Shown here piece by piece: positions 38,590-52,395 of a DNA stretch of 64,000 nucleotides. Source of the stretch: Lama guanicoe (Eukaryota); assembly GCA_013239625.1 (NCBI GenBank), contig MU053911.1, positions 424,132 to 488,131 of the forward strand, given 5' to 3'. Position 1 is the stretch's first letter; each line of letters begins with the position of its first letter. The position numbers and the translations under genes were made by a program. The notes below the pieces were generated by a model, which was not told where the DNA came from, did not search any database, and saw only the letters and a list, made by a program, of their open reading frames with translations.

Positions 38590-39210
38590 GCGCGATTTTA
38601 AACGGCATAATTTGGGAGTAAACGTATTTACACCGGACTCGAAGTGCGGGGGCCGGTCACGGGGGACACGCCGCAGGCCGAGGACCCGGGCGCGGCCGCC
38701 AGCAGAGGCCGCGGGAGGGGCGGGGGGTCGGGGGCTGGCGGCCGGGCCGCGTGGCCGNNNNNNNNNNNNNNNNNNNNNNNNNNNNNNNNNNNNNNNNNNN
38801 NNNNNNNNNNNNNNNNNNNNNNNNNNNNNNNNNNNNNNNNNNNNNNNNNNNNNNNNNNNNNNNNNNNNNNNNNNNNNNNNNNNNNNNNNNNNNNNNNNNN
38901 CAGGCCGGGAGCCCGGCGGCCGGAGCCCGCGCGAGCGCGCAGCGGGGCGGAGCGCCGGGCTGAGCCTCTGTGCCGCGCGCCGCGCTCGGAGGGCAAACCG
39001 GCTGCCCGCGGTAACAGCAACACGCACGGGAACAGGTGCGTGAACGGGCGACTGAGAGGCCGTGCTGCGCGCCAGGAGTGGACACCGCGCCGTAGACTGA
39101 CCGCGCGCCAGGGAGATAAACAGGCCAGTCGACGGTGAGTTCGCGCCTCGCTCCGCCGGCCCCCGCTCCCGCACCGCGCGGAATGTGCGCGCAGACACGC
39201 GGCGGCACTC
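38590..39210. promoter_or_regulatory. CpG island (assembly gap 38758-38900) with GC boxes and + strand donor
   Basis: Very high GC/CpG; GGGGCGGGG ~38717, GGGGCGGAG 38944-38952; ACG|GTGAGT at 39134/39135. Confidence 0.7.
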
Positions 39211-39479
39211 TTTTCTCAGTATTCTCAAAGAATTTCAAACTCACGGGAAAGTTGCTAACCTCTCCCCCCGACCATCCAAGGTCGGATGGCAGACATGGTG
39301 TCACACTAGGCACAGATACTTGAGTGCTCATCTCCAGCACATTTAACACTTCCTGCGTAGCCACGGCGTAGCACCAGAAAGTCGGGAGACAAACACGAAC
39401 CCTTTGGTATCATCCAGTCTAAACCTTTTCTATGTTCCATCTAGTGTCTCAACCGCATCCTTAACTACAAAACACTCCC

Positions 39480-40080
39480 ACTCAGAATCCTTTTTTATAC
39501 TTAGTGGTCATGTTTTGCCAATCTCTTTTCCACGTGGAAGAGTTCCTCAGTTTTTTTGATTTTTACATCCATGACATCTTCGGAGATCATAGACGAGACA
39601 CCCTGCAGGGTCCCCCAGGAGGGCTCTTTCTCGTGTTTCCTCGTGAGGGCATTCAGGCAGGAGCGTCCCAGGAGGGACCTGGTGCTCTTTTCAGCGCGTG
39701 CAGGAGGCGCCTCACTGGCCTTCATCCCGTTAGCAGGCGGTGGCCATTTCAGCCACCCGGAAGTGGGGCCTCACTGGCGTCCCCACTGCACGCTCCTTTT
39801 CATTCGAGGAGCCGGTCGTGGGCAGATACTTTAAGAACATGTGCTCATCTTCCTAGAATCAACTATCACTATTATGTTCGCCAGATTGTGATCTTCCAGT
39901 TTCTCTACTCATTTCACATTTATTAGCTGGCACTAAACTCTGAGGAAGAGCTTTCTCTTTTCCCTAGGCATGCATCATCCAGTCCATGCTGGACGACTGT
40001 TTATTAACTAGGTTGTAATCTGCAGCTATCATTATTTATTTTGATATTCAAGTCATCCCAGACTTGGTCAATAAAAGCCT
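39480..40080 (-). mobile_element. L1MC-like 3' region, GC-shifted
   Basis: catgacatcttcggagatc...gtttcctcgtga...caggaggcgc...gtgggcagatactttaaga...attatttattttgatattcaagtcatcccagacttgg resembles recalled L1MC4 3' end. Confidence 0.6.
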
Positions 40081-40111
40081 TTTTAACCTTAATTAATTAA
40101 TTTTATCTTTA

Positions 40112-40260
40112 TTTTTAACACCTTTATTGTGGTATGATTCCTGTACAGTAAACTACACATATTTCCAATGTACAATTGGATGCATTGTGATAGATGTGTA
40201 CACCCAAGAGACCACCACCACAATCAGGATAGCTGACATTTCCATCACTCCCCAGGAGGT
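40112..40260 (-). mobile_element. Old L1 (L1MB-like) 3' end
   Basis: Paralogous to 5442-5575. Confidence 0.7.
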
Positions 40261-42789
40261 ACAGTTTTCAAATTCCCAGTTTATCCCTTCCCACCTCCTT
40301 TACCCACTGGTAACCATACGTTTGTCAAACCTGTTTTTTCTGACTTCTTCTTGAAAGCACGTTACACTTTGCTACCGTATCCCCCTGAAATACTATTATG
40401 TGATAACCACCCCCTGGAACAGCTCCATCAAGGAGCTGTGCTCTCGTTTCTTGTTCATAGGTTTAGAAAACCAGCATGAATGGAGAAATTACACTGATAT
40501 CTATGAATGAATAAAATAAGGGAGCTATTCATTGCATGTCCCACCAGAAAGAGCAATTGTCTGGTAATGCACCCCCCATTAATAACCCACTTAGCCCCAG
40601 ACTGGCAGGGGTCCAGCTCATTTGTAAATGTGTTTCTGTGGCACACACTACAGTCCCACAGATGTCTGCTTACACTAAAATTGCAAAAAATCCTGATGTC
40701 TTGACGATTCCATGTGTCCCTAAATAGCCATCATATTATTTAATGAGTTTATTGAGCAAATGAGAGTATTTATAGAACTAAAAGAGAGAATATTTATAAA
40801 GTAATACATGTTACTCATCATTATATATTTAAGAATCAGAAATCTTGTCCATAATAGTCTTTTTTATTTATATCGAGCTTACATTTGTTTCTAAAAATTC
40901 ATCTTTTGTGGCTTGTGGCTTTGTTATGCTCTTCCCTCCCTCCGAGAATCATTTTTCACATAGTTTTACATAAAAAAATACGGAAACTTTAGAGCCAGGC
41001 TGCACAGTATTTACAAAAGCTTTTATTTTATTTTTATTTTTTCTCCGGTATTAGTCTCAAAGTTTATTTAGGCTGGATATTTGTGTGGAGGTTTTCATTT
41101 GTGTGTTTGTTTCAAAGTTAAAAAAAAAAAAGTGACTACATTCCTTCCAGAATATTCCACTCAAAGCCGCAGGAAAGTCAGAGAGTGGTCCAGCTGGCTC
41201 GTCGGCACTGATGTGCGGCACCTGCTCATCTCTCGTGATTCCTGCAGACGGACCTCCGGACCCCGCTGCAGGGACACTCAGGCGCAGGGCCCTTCTCCCT
41301 CGTGTTGCCCCTGGCTGCGCCCTCCTGTGGCTGCTGCCCTCTGACCCTGCTGCCGCTACGTCCTGTGTGGCACGGAGGCTGCTGTTCCACGGGCCCTGTC
41401 CTCCCCTAGCCTCCCCGCTCTCCCTGTTTCCCACGGTGCCATGTCTGCAGGCACAGCAGTTGCTACCTTATGTCCCCTGCGCTGAGGCTCACACAGATTA
41501 AACCAAAGCCTGACTGAGCATATTTCTTACGACCTGAGACCTGAACCACGTCTAATTATCTTTTGCACCTTTGGTGCAAGTCAGAGTACACACGTAGTAA
41601 ATGTTTATTAGAAACATGCAACTTGAGCACACAGAGTCCTCTTTTCCAGGAACCAAGTCAGCCTCCAGTGTACTTGCCTCACTAAGTCAGAAGGACCAGG
41701 AACAGGGCCCAGTGGCTGTTGTGACACAGTGGTGGACTTCCTGCCCATTACTGTACACTCCAGCCCACGAAAAGTTCAGTGTTTTTCTCTGCCGTTTGGT
41801 GCAGCCTTACAGCCCCCGTCCCCTCTAACTTCACCATCACGAGAATCTCTTACCTGTTCCTTCTCCCTCCTGTCTCATTTCGGCCGTAGTGTGTGTTCTA
41901 AAAAGAAAATCTAATCCTAGTGCTTTATCTAAAATCTTTTTACTATTTCCCTTTGCCAAAAGGACAAAGCCTACACTTCTGATAAAAACAGGCCCATTTG
42001 TAACTTGACACCTCGGCCTCTCTCGGACTCTCTCCCCCTTTCTGTCCGCCCCACCAAGCCAGCTGTCCTGGAGTGACGTCCGGTTCCCTACCTCTGGGCA
42101 GAATGCTCTTCGTCTGTCTTCTGTAGAGGGACACCGCTTCATCTTTCAGGTCTGATGTGGTGCTTCCTCCTGATGGCTGCCTTCCTGTGCTCACACGCCA
42201 CTCCCGCGTGGGGCTGAGATGATGCGCCCACCTTGGGCACCTCTCGTGTATGTTCTGCAGTAATCTCTCATAGCACGAAAGTACTTTCCCCCTTATTTTC
42301 CATGGTTCTGTACTCCAGTAACAGACAATGCCTTCCTTCAGGTTAAATGTAATTTTTTTAAAGTAATGTTTTCAACTTCAATTCTATCCCAGGATTATGC
42401 ACTGTTGCTAGATGGTGCTCAATGAATATATGTTGAAAGAGAGAAAAAAATAAATGAAGAAATGGAAGAAAGAAAAAGAAATAAAGAGAAAGAAAGTGAG
42501 AAAGAAAGAAAGAAAAAGAAAGGAAGAAAGGAAGGAAAATTGAAAAAAGAAAGAAGAAAGAGGGAGGGGGAGGGACGGAGGGTCTGGCTCTATAGCTCAC
42601 AGTTAACACTATTTGTCGTGTAGCGGATCCACTACAGAGAAATTGTGTGATATATCATGTAGGCGAATTTGTGTATTCTGGTTCTGTGTTGACCCCAAGA
42701 CAAAATCATTTCATGAATGAGGTGTAGATTTCTGAAGACCTGACACTTGCTTACGGCGCTGATGCCAGGGCAGGGCATTCTGTGTACAA

Positions 42790-43035
42790 GACACACAGAT
42801 CTCAGTGTTTAAGTGGGCAGACCCAGGAGTCAAACCACCCAAGTCTTACTCATACCTCCATTGTTTACCAGTAAACTATGTTTAGTAAACATAGTCCAGA
42901 TGATAAATTTCTTCATTTGTTAAATAAGGATAAAATGGGTACCCACTCTCAAAGAGAATTTCAAAGTTTGTGAAATAAACCATGCAAAGCACTTGGCTGT
43001 AATGTCAATGGGAACTTAATAAGTGATGGCAATTT
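42790..43035 (+). mobile_element. MIR
   Basis: cagtgtttaagtgggcagacccaggagtcaaac...tttcttcatttgttaaataaggataaaa...catgcaaagcacttggc. Confidence 0.6.
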
Positions 43036-43268
43036 TTAAAATAAAGAGATTGAATTAAAATGATCAAATGAACCACTTTCCATAGCCTTTTGAAAAGTAG
43101 AAAATTGCCTATGCCAAAAAAGTAGGAATTTGCTGTTTACTTAACAACATAAAATATCAATTGTCCAAATATTAATATTTTTCAAATACTAATATAATAA
43201 ATATTACTGTTTGACTTTGATTTCAAGATATTCAGTTAAAAACATATTGTAAGAACATTTTGGGAGGT

Positions 43269-43354
43269 GGGGGGTGTAGCTCAGTGGTAGAACTCATGCT
43301 TAGCATGCACTAGATCCAGGGTTCAATCCCCAGGACCTTCGTTAAAAAAAAAAA
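43269..43354 (+). mobile_element. Short vic-1-type tRNA-derived SINE
   Basis: gggggtgtagctcagtggtagaactcatgcttagcatgcactagatccagggttcaatccccagg followed by poly-A. Confidence 0.85.
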
Positions 43355-43939
43355 TAGAACAAGCATCTTAATAAAATTATAAGAAAAATAATACTTTGAG
43401 TTTAAATTAACTCAACATCTGCAGAGAAGCTAATTCTCCCTCAAGAAAGATCAAGGAAAAAGATCTTTACTAGGAAATATTCCACAAGTTTACCAATAAA
43501 ATTAAGCTTTGAAATTGATCATAATTCCCATTCCTTAGTGGAAAGGAAAGCTGTTATGTGTGATTGAACCTGAGAAGACTGACTTCATTCGTAATGAAAT
43601 TAGTGTTTCCTTCCCAACAAGAAGAATTCCAGGATTTCCAGAATTTCTCCTTATTGATTATGCCTCCATCCCTGATTACACTTTAGGGACTGTTTTAATG
43701 GTGATGACACACTGAGGAGGTGGCGCATGCGCAAGTTAGAAACCGTGATTCCTACTGATCACATTGCTATGCAATTAATGGGATGCAACGTTACTCATAG
43801 TTTGTCTTCTCCCTTAATATCATGGCTAAAGAATAAAATTCTTTACTGATAGCAACCCTCAATTTTGTTGACCACTAGTTAGCTTGAAAATTCTGATTTG
43901 CACAAACATTATGTAACTGCCAGAAAATTTTTTTCCTTG

Positions 43940-44275
43940 AGTATACAATATAGTACACAGTATACACATATATAGTACACAATAGATACATAGGTAGCAC
44001 ACAGCATATACACATGCAGCACACAGTACATACATGTGTCGTATATGGCACACACACATATAGCACACGATATGTGCATACATAGTACACAGCAGACACA
44101 GTGTACAGTATGCACATGTATAGCACACAGCATATACACATACAGCACAGTAATACATATGTAGTACACAGTATACCCACACAGAGTGCACAGTACACAC
44201 ATAGGTAGTACATAGTACACACATACATAGTGTACAGCATATACATACGTAGCACACAGCATATACAGTACAGAA
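43940..44275. repeat. Degenerate CA/TA-rich minisatellite
   Basis: Recurrent tagcacacagcatatacacat / tagtacacagta units. Confidence 0.85.
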
Positions 44276-47200
44276 ACGACCAGTAGCCTTCCCTACCATG
44301 CTGCCCCAATGCTGCCAGCTTCAGAAGCACACCTTTATTGCCCCCGGACCCCTCATCCCGCAAGCGCTGAGGAAGCGCTCAGCCACGTGGGAAGATGCCC
44401 AGGGCCCTCCCCTCCCTGCCTCTCCTCTTCCTGCCTGGGTCATTCAGCCACTGCCTGAGGTTCCTGAGGTTCTGCAAAGCATCCCGTTTTGTCCTTGGAG
44501 AGCTATCATGTTGTGACACGTTTCCCAGGTTAGCTTAGGAGGAACAGTAGCTAGAGACAGGCATCACAAAGCCGTCTGTGGGTAAGGACGAGTGCGGAAA
44601 ATGGACTCTGGTTGCTTCTCACCTGACAGCACTTGGAAATTGGCAGGCGCGTGACGATGTCACAGACTGGGAGAGGTTCTGCACTAAAAACACAGGTTCA
44701 GCTTCTTTAATTAGTCATCGTAACACGTTTATTATGCATGACTTTGAGAAGCAGTGGTTGCAGAACACCTGGGAGGCCTGCATTTTGGCCTGAGCCCAGT
44801 CAGGGACCGCCAGGAATCCCTTGCTGAAGAGATGGCACTATAAATGCAGACGCCTCTGTATCCCGAAGTAGCAACTCAGGGAGGAAGCCAATGGGCCATT
44901 TCTCTGAGGAATGGACACTTTTAAAACAAGACACTTTATAGAGTTAATTGTTCTGTTTATATTAATCATTCTGAATGAATTAAAGAGAGCTCAGAGAGCA
45001 TACCAATGTGTTAAAAATGGTATTTTTCATAACTCTAAAAGACATTGTCAGGAGGTGTTTAATCAATTCATTCAAAAAAGGAAGGAAAATAAAGGCTTTT
45101 ACCAAATAAATAGTAAGAACGTGAATACATATGCATGCAAACAAGGAAAAACAATCAGATAAACACAAGTGCCCCTACTTACAAAGACAAAAGAAAAAAA
45201 ATTAGTTCAGTGATTAGGTGGACTTGAAAACATATTTCATTTGAATTCTCCATCCCAGATGACATCATAAACCAAAGGTAAAAGGGTATTATTGTCTTTT
45301 TAGTTTTAATTTCATTTTAAAATGAGACAAATGAAAGGATTTTCCAACAATTGGTGTAAATCTTTTTCCATTCGGGTTTCCATTGGCCATTTATAAGGGC
45401 AAAACATATAGAAATAGGCCTAAGGAAGCAGATATCAGATAAACACAGGAAGTAATTATTCAGCAGGAAAGACTGAAGGAAATGGACTGCTTTTGTTTTG
45501 TTTTGTTTTATCTGCCTTCCCTGGTGTCCTTAAGGTTTGAGGCATCAGCAGTAATGAAGGAAATAGATTTGTAATTGCAGGACGCCTGCTGTTCACACAG
45601 TGTTGGCACTGCATGTCCCTCACAGCGTGTTTACTTTTAAAAACAGAGATAAGCATCTTGAACGAGGACTGCTTGCAAAAACGTGATTTCAAAATCTCTA
45701 GATTCTACTTTTTTTGAAAATCATCATAAGGAAGGAAAATTCCACCTGAAAGAAGGTAAGAATTTTAAGCCCAGGGTTATATAACTGGGGTTTTAAAAGC
45801 AGTTACAGAAGAAGTGAAAAGGTTCCTAAATACAGTAATATTTTCCATATAGGATCTCTGTCACCTGAGCAGGGTGAACGTAGGTGGTTACATGGGTGGG
45901 AAGGTTCATCAGGGAAGTTGTGTTGGCAGCAGAAGGAATGAAGTTTGCCCTGCTGGTTTAAAATCACTTAATCCTTTTCTTTTTCTGTTCAATATTGAAT
46001 ATTCTTCTTGCTTATGACACAAAATAGCCCCTGATGCTCATATAAACAATCCCCACGCTTGCTCATCTTTCAGAAGAGAGTTAGGATTTTAGAAAATAGG
46101 ATGTTTCTCCCCCCAGAGGATCATTTTACCTGAGGGGTTGACTAGATTTTCACGTACCTAATCTCACCAGATTTGGGGTTTTCTTACCTGCTGAATGAGG
46201 AGGGTGCACATGTCTTACAGAGCTGTAGTGAAAAGTAAATGAAATAATGGGTAAGGTACCTGGGATAACAGTTGGAACATGGGGAAATCTGGCAAATCAC
46301 ATATAAGTTCTTGTCTAATAATAACTATGTTTCCAAAAACGCTGAGAATGATGGCGTGAAATAGTTGTCTCACAATTTATTTCCTGCATCACATTTCTGT
46401 ATTTCCAGATTGTGCCCGCAGAACTCAAAAGCTGTCAGGCGGTGACCAGCACACCTCTACTCAGATTTAGTCCTATATGAGAAATTGGACCAGATCGATC
46501 CACTCTTGCATTGGAAAGTAAAATTGCCTCGGGTCACATACATCCCACCCTTTAGATTAAGGTTTTGTTACTCCAGAAATCTCCAGGTCGAATGCAGCTG
46601 CTTCCAGGGAGTTAGCGTTGATCAAGATTATGAAACATTGGCTTATTAAATGCTGTTCAGATTTCTTTTTAGCATAACATAATTCGACTTACAGTGAGGA
46701 ATGGAACAATGAAGTCTGATTAAGGCAGGAAGATTCCAAAAGAAGCAGCATTAACAAGGTAATGCTGGTCCGGTGGAGGCCGCCTGGCAGCCAAAGGGGC
46801 AAGACCCACAAGTGAAAGATACGGAAGTGAAATGTCAAAAAGGAGGGACTGGGAGCCAAAGAGAAACCATCCTGTTCCCAGAGCCTAGAGCAAGCTCTGA
46901 ATTAAATATAACAGGACAGGACAGTTGAGTTTTGAGTGTGTGCGTGTGTGTGTGTGCGTGTGTGCGTGAGAGAGAAGAAGTGACAACAAGGAGCAGTTTT
47001 CTGCTCACCTCTCTGTGCAGGGTATGCTGTCTTGCTATTAATATTAAACTGGGTAGAGATAACAAGATTGCTTAGAAATACCCTCAACATTTTTTGTATT
47101 TGCTTTGTTTCACTTTGTCTCTCCAGAGATTGCATTTTGAATCACCAGGTGCAAAATAAAACATCATCCCAGATGGATAGACATGGAGACGTGCACACCC

Positions 47201-48730
47201 AAAGGGGACTTCACACCCTCGAAGCTAGAGGTGGGTCAGGGTGCCCACCAGTAAGCCATTATTTGGAGGCACCATTAAGTTTCAAATGAGGACTTGACTA
47301 ATCTGTATCTTTCAATGAGAGCAGTTATAGTCTTTTTTTTAAAATGGTATTAGGCCAATATATTTTCTATTATACAGAATCATGTTTTGTTTCCTGAATT
47401 ATTCTAGGAGACAAACCAGCTTGCACCTCGAGAGTGACACAGTGAAATATTTATGCTGTCACTAGATTTGATTATTAAAGTGCTTTTCGCTCTTCCTGCA
47501 GGCAGACTGCTTGTTTGTGAACATTCTGAGCGGGGCAGCAGTGGCTTGCTCCGGCAAGGTCGCAGCTGCCTTCTGCCGCAGCACAAGGTGATGCTGCTTT
47601 CCGGGCTGTGCTTTGAATAGATTTTGTTCTGTGGAGCATTTATTAGGCAGATGAATGTTTTGGTGATCTGCTCCCACTGCTCTGACTCTTGCCTCTGGCT
47701 GTCTTTGAAAGATTTTACAAATCTTTTGCCTCTGGGCTCTTCATGCTTGTTGGTGACTTTCAGAAAGTCTTCCTGCCGATAACATGTTTTCTCTGAAAAT
47801 CAATAATAGTAGGTTATTAGATAATGCCACCAACTGCAAGGGTGCTTGTAAGGTTCAAGTTCCATCATATAAGCAACAGGAAACTAATCACTTGTATCTG
47901 TAAAAACACCCTTTCTCGCACCCGTTGCTGCTTAAGGCTTATCTGGCTTTGTATGCCAGCTCTTCATTTGAATCCAAATGAAATTTCCTCCTCAGACTTA
48001 AAAGTAATGAAAACACAGCAGCTTGATTCTATAGACTCTTTGCAGTCGTCTTTCCCATTTCTCTCTCTGCTTACGCGTTTGAGAACCTTGAGACTGGTTT
48101 TGGATTGTGTCTTCCTTTAACTCTGTGTCACCTCCACCCCCCCCTTTTTTTCTCCAAAGATTAGTCTTCTCCTCTGGCTGTTGTATCCTCTTTATTGGCT
48201 TTCCAGTCCTACCCTTTTTTTTTCTTTCCACACATATGTCTAAAACATCTCTTACAGAAAGTGCTCTTTAATTTATGTTCTTTAAATTGTTGAATCGTTA
48301 TACTACTACTCTCTATTTTATCATTTCTGGTTTTTAGTTGCCTATCTCTTCAATTATTTCAATCCATATTTTATCCATATATTTATTTTGCACTTTTCAC
48401 ATACTTGCATAGGAGTTTTATACTAAAACTGCAGTTATTTGAAAAATTTCAATATGATTTGGAAAACTAAAGATACGCAGTTTTATTACTTTCCAATACA
48501 ACTGGTAGCACAAACAAATTTATGAGAGGGTTATCAGGAAACTGGCATAATTTTCCACCAGCAGTCCTCCAGGGCATCAGTGAATAGAGTAAGAGCAGGT
48601 GCACTGTGTACACTTACATGCAAGGTTGATAATTAACTATATGGAGGTCACATATCTGTGTCTGAGTTAATTTGGTTTTGGAAATAGTAATTCACTCCTA
48701 AATGTACTTTTAAACTTTTATAACAGTTGC

Positions 48731-49352
48731 TTTTTTTAATTGGTGTATAGTCAGTTTACAATGTGTCAATTTCTGATGTACAGCATAATAGTTCAGTCAT
48801 ACATATACATATATTCGCTTTCATAGTCTTTTTCATTATACAAGATGTTGCATATAGTTCCCTGTACTATACAGTAGAAACTTGTTTATCTATTTTATAT
48901 ATAGTAGTTAATATCTGCAAATCACAAACTCCCAATTTATTGCTTCCCACCTCCGTCCCCCCCCCCGTGACCATAAGTTTGTTTTCTATGTCTGTGAGTC
49001 TGTTTCTGTTTTGTAAATAACTTCATTTGTCTTTTTTTTTTAAGATTTTTCATATAAGTGATATCATTTGGTATTTTCNNNNNNNNNNNNNNNNNNNNNN
49101 NNNNNNNNNNNNNNNNNNNNNNNNATCCATGTTGAATGGCATTATTTTATTCTATTTTATGGCTGAATAGTATTCCATTGTATAAATACACCACAACTTC
49201 TTTATCCAGTCATCTGTTGATGGACATTTAGGCTGTCTCCATGTCTTGGCTGTTGTAAATAGTTCTGCTATGAACATTGGGGTGCAGGTGTCTTTTTAAA
49301 TTAGAGTTCCATCCAGATATATGCCCAGGAGTAGGACTGCTGGATTACAGGG
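48731..49352 (-). mobile_element. L1 3' end (gap 49079-49124)
   Basis: Poly-T, 3' UTR and ORF2 C-terminal sequence homologous to 24100-24700. Confidence 0.92.
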
Positions 49353-49815
49353 TAGTCTTTGTTAGAATTCACACTCATGTGCTTTTGCTTTTCTTGAATG
49401 TGTGTAAGTGGTGCACAGACCTTCTGTTGATACGGTTCTCACTTTCTGTGCCGTTTTGGGCGCTGTGGTGGAGACTGCCACGCAGTGAGTCCAGCTGCTT
49501 CCTCTTCCTGGGGGCCACATGATAGACTGTGGTTCCCAGGTAAGTGGGGTCATGCATCTGAGTTCTAGGCAGCAAAATGTGAGCAGAAGGGATGTAAGTC
49601 TTATTCTCAACTTACCCTCTCCTCCGAGAGTGAGGCTCCCTGTCCAGGTATCTAGGATGGAGACACGCCCTGATCTCAACTGCAAGCCAGGGTTTAGGAA
49701 ATAGAGCTACAATGTAGAGGGAGTTTTGTTCTTTCTCCTGAGAAGAGAGCTGCCCAAATGGGAAGGTTCATGTGCAGCTCCTGGAATTACTTTAAACCAA
49801 ACCACATGCACCAAA

Positions 49816-50025
49816 TAGGGCTGCTGGAATCAAGTACAGGACGCCTTGTTAAGTATGAATTTCAAATAAGCAATGAGCAATTTTTTTTATGTAAGTATGC
49901 CCATACAATATTTGGAACATATTTATACTAAAAAGGTTTCAGTTTGTCTAAAATCCAAATTGTACTGGGTGTCCTCAGTATTTGTCCTCAGTGTCCTCAG
50001 ATTGACTTGCTAAACCTGATGACTT
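49816..50025. mobile_element. MER53-like palindromic hAT MITE
   Basis: tacaggacgccttgttaagtatgaatttcaaataagc...aagtatgcccata...atatttatactaaaaa...aaatccaaattgtactgggtgtcct. Confidence 0.75.
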
Positions 50026-52395
50026 GACTCCAAAAAGACACTCGCAACTGGAGAAATACTAGAACCCAGACAGCAGAGAATATGATTTTCTTCTTTCGTC
50101 CTGCTTGATTTTCTAGTTTTAGGCACTTAGAAAATTCAACATGCTTTTCTGTCTCAATGTAATGGTTTAATACAGGAGAAAAGTACCATTATTGTGAAAT
50201 TTTGTAACTATTGTTTTCCAAATCTCATTCATGCTTCCAATATTATTTATTGAAACAGAAGTTCCTAAAGTGTGTATTTTTAAAGGCTTGACTAATGTTA
50301 AAAATATAATCATGACTTTTTCAACTTTTTTCATTTTTGGCTGTTAAGAATACGATAAGTTTTAAAAATACATATCTTGTTACAGTTTATGCAGAATTTC
50401 TTGCATTGATTATACAGTTGCATCTCTCACTTTACTGTTAATGTACCAACACCCTGTTTTATTTTCGGTAATGGCTTCTCACTGATAAGTCCAGAGTCAG
50501 ACCCCGCCGGCGCCCCGGGACAGCCTGGGGCGCTGCTGACGCCGTGGGCCAGTGAGTGCCGACGCAGACTCGCAGGCTTGTGAGCGGCTCACCCTTGCAG
50601 CTTGTACATCCCGCGTATGCCGGGTGCAGACCTTAGCCCACTGGCATGTCAGACAGCCAAGGGCAAGTTGTTGCCACAAAGCTCGGTGCTGCTTGCTAAC
50701 AAAAGGTAACATCTATGCCGTCTTTACCGCGGGCCTGACTGTGTGTTATATAAGCGCATGATGTTATACAAGCACATTATGTCTGTATATATACATATAA
50801 CATATATACATAGTTTACATATACACGTATAGTTATTTGTAAGACATTCTATATATTTTCATAGATGTATCATGTTTGTAATTATATACACAGACACAAA
50901 ATTCATGTATTTGTATTTATATATATAATGACCCTCAGCAGGATCAGGAGGTTCATACCATTATTACCATCAGTTTAGAGATAAACATCTGAGGCTTTTG
51001 GAAGTTGAGTAACTAGCTGAGGTCACCATCAGCACCACCAGTGTAACTGTGTGTTAAATAAATAAGCAGATTCTAAGCAGTAACACAATGATGAAGATAA
51101 GGCGGCAGATTGCATAATTTCCCATAAACTGGAGAGGGGGCAGCCCGACCCCTTGGCTGGGGAAGGGCCTCCTCAGGTCCAAGGTGACACGGTGCCGCTC
51201 TGCTCTGAGCAGCAGCCATTGAAGGGTGTTGGAGGGCAGGAATGCTGGAGGGAGCCCTGGGCTGAGTCAGAGGACAGGTCTGAATTACAACTTCATCTGC
51301 TGGTTGTGTGGCTGAAGGCTTATCTCAATGTCTCTGAGCCTCAGTTTCCTTTTTTCAGGAAGCAAGATAATGTGTAATTACACAAATATTTTTTCACTCT
51401 GAAAAGATTGTTATTTGTCTTGTTCAGATTTGCTTGAGGAAATGTCCAGAAGCACGCCACCCTCCTAAGAAAGGGCGCTCCAGTGAGGCGTTTCAGGCCT
51501 GGCCCACTCACCAGTGGTGGGCACTGTTGTTGCGAAGTGTAGTTACAGCTAATACAACACTTTTTACATAAAAAGTGTTAATGCTTGAGCTGCTGAGAAA
51601 AGCTACAAGTATCTGTGATACACATTGTACATATGTTCATTATTTTTTTTAAAAATCGGCATTTTGAAAGGAAGGTTCTAGTTGATCATGAAACTTACCG
51701 AAGGGCCGCCTCCCCTGAGATGAGGGGAGGTGGGGTGCCATCAGAAACAGCCTTTGAATCAATTACATCTTACTTTTGATGTGTCCATTTTTGCTATAGT
51801 TTTTCATATAAAAAGCCATAACTCAAAAGAATTACTTTTGTTTCCGTAGTTCCTGCTTCAGAATGTTCTCCATTCGCACTAGTATTTTCACATACTGTGC
51901 AACTGGATGATTACACATTGGTCAACTCATGGTTGACGTGGGGGGAAATGAAATGCATGTATTTCTATCTTGGAGACATTATAGGTACTGTCTTTATTTG
52001 ATGATTATCACGTGGCTCTAAATATTTGGGCAGACAAGGGCTCATTACCAGGCCAAGTACAAAGTTGTCGGAAAGGCTTCCAGGATCAGGCCCCATGCGT
52101 GGTGTACAAAAATGACTCTCAGATCCAGTACTTACGCTGCCTCTGTGAACAGGAAATCACTGTCACTAATGGAAGCTGCCAAGTCAGGAAGCTTCTGGTT
52201 GCAGATTCACAGTATCTCTGCCATGACTTTTTTCTCAGTAGAACTGCTTTGTGACCTTCCTCCCTCTCTCCCTAAACCAGTTTTGAATTCAATTCTCCCA
52301 AGTAATGTCTATGAAATTTAAATCACAGTCAGAACCCTAAATGAGAGGACGCAGTATTACCATTTTAGGCTTTGCAGGGCAACGTACGCTAGATC

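Noticed and set aside
38539..39364. Long ORFs (131-235 aa) across the CpG island
   Set aside because: They span an N gap in stop-poor GC-rich DNA, are open in many frames on both strands, and are low-complexity R/A/P/G.
43859..44363. Cys/Tyr/Val-rich ORFs resembling keratin-associated or metallothionein-like proteins
   Set aside because: Translation of a TG/TA minisatellite; all three minus frames give similar peptides.
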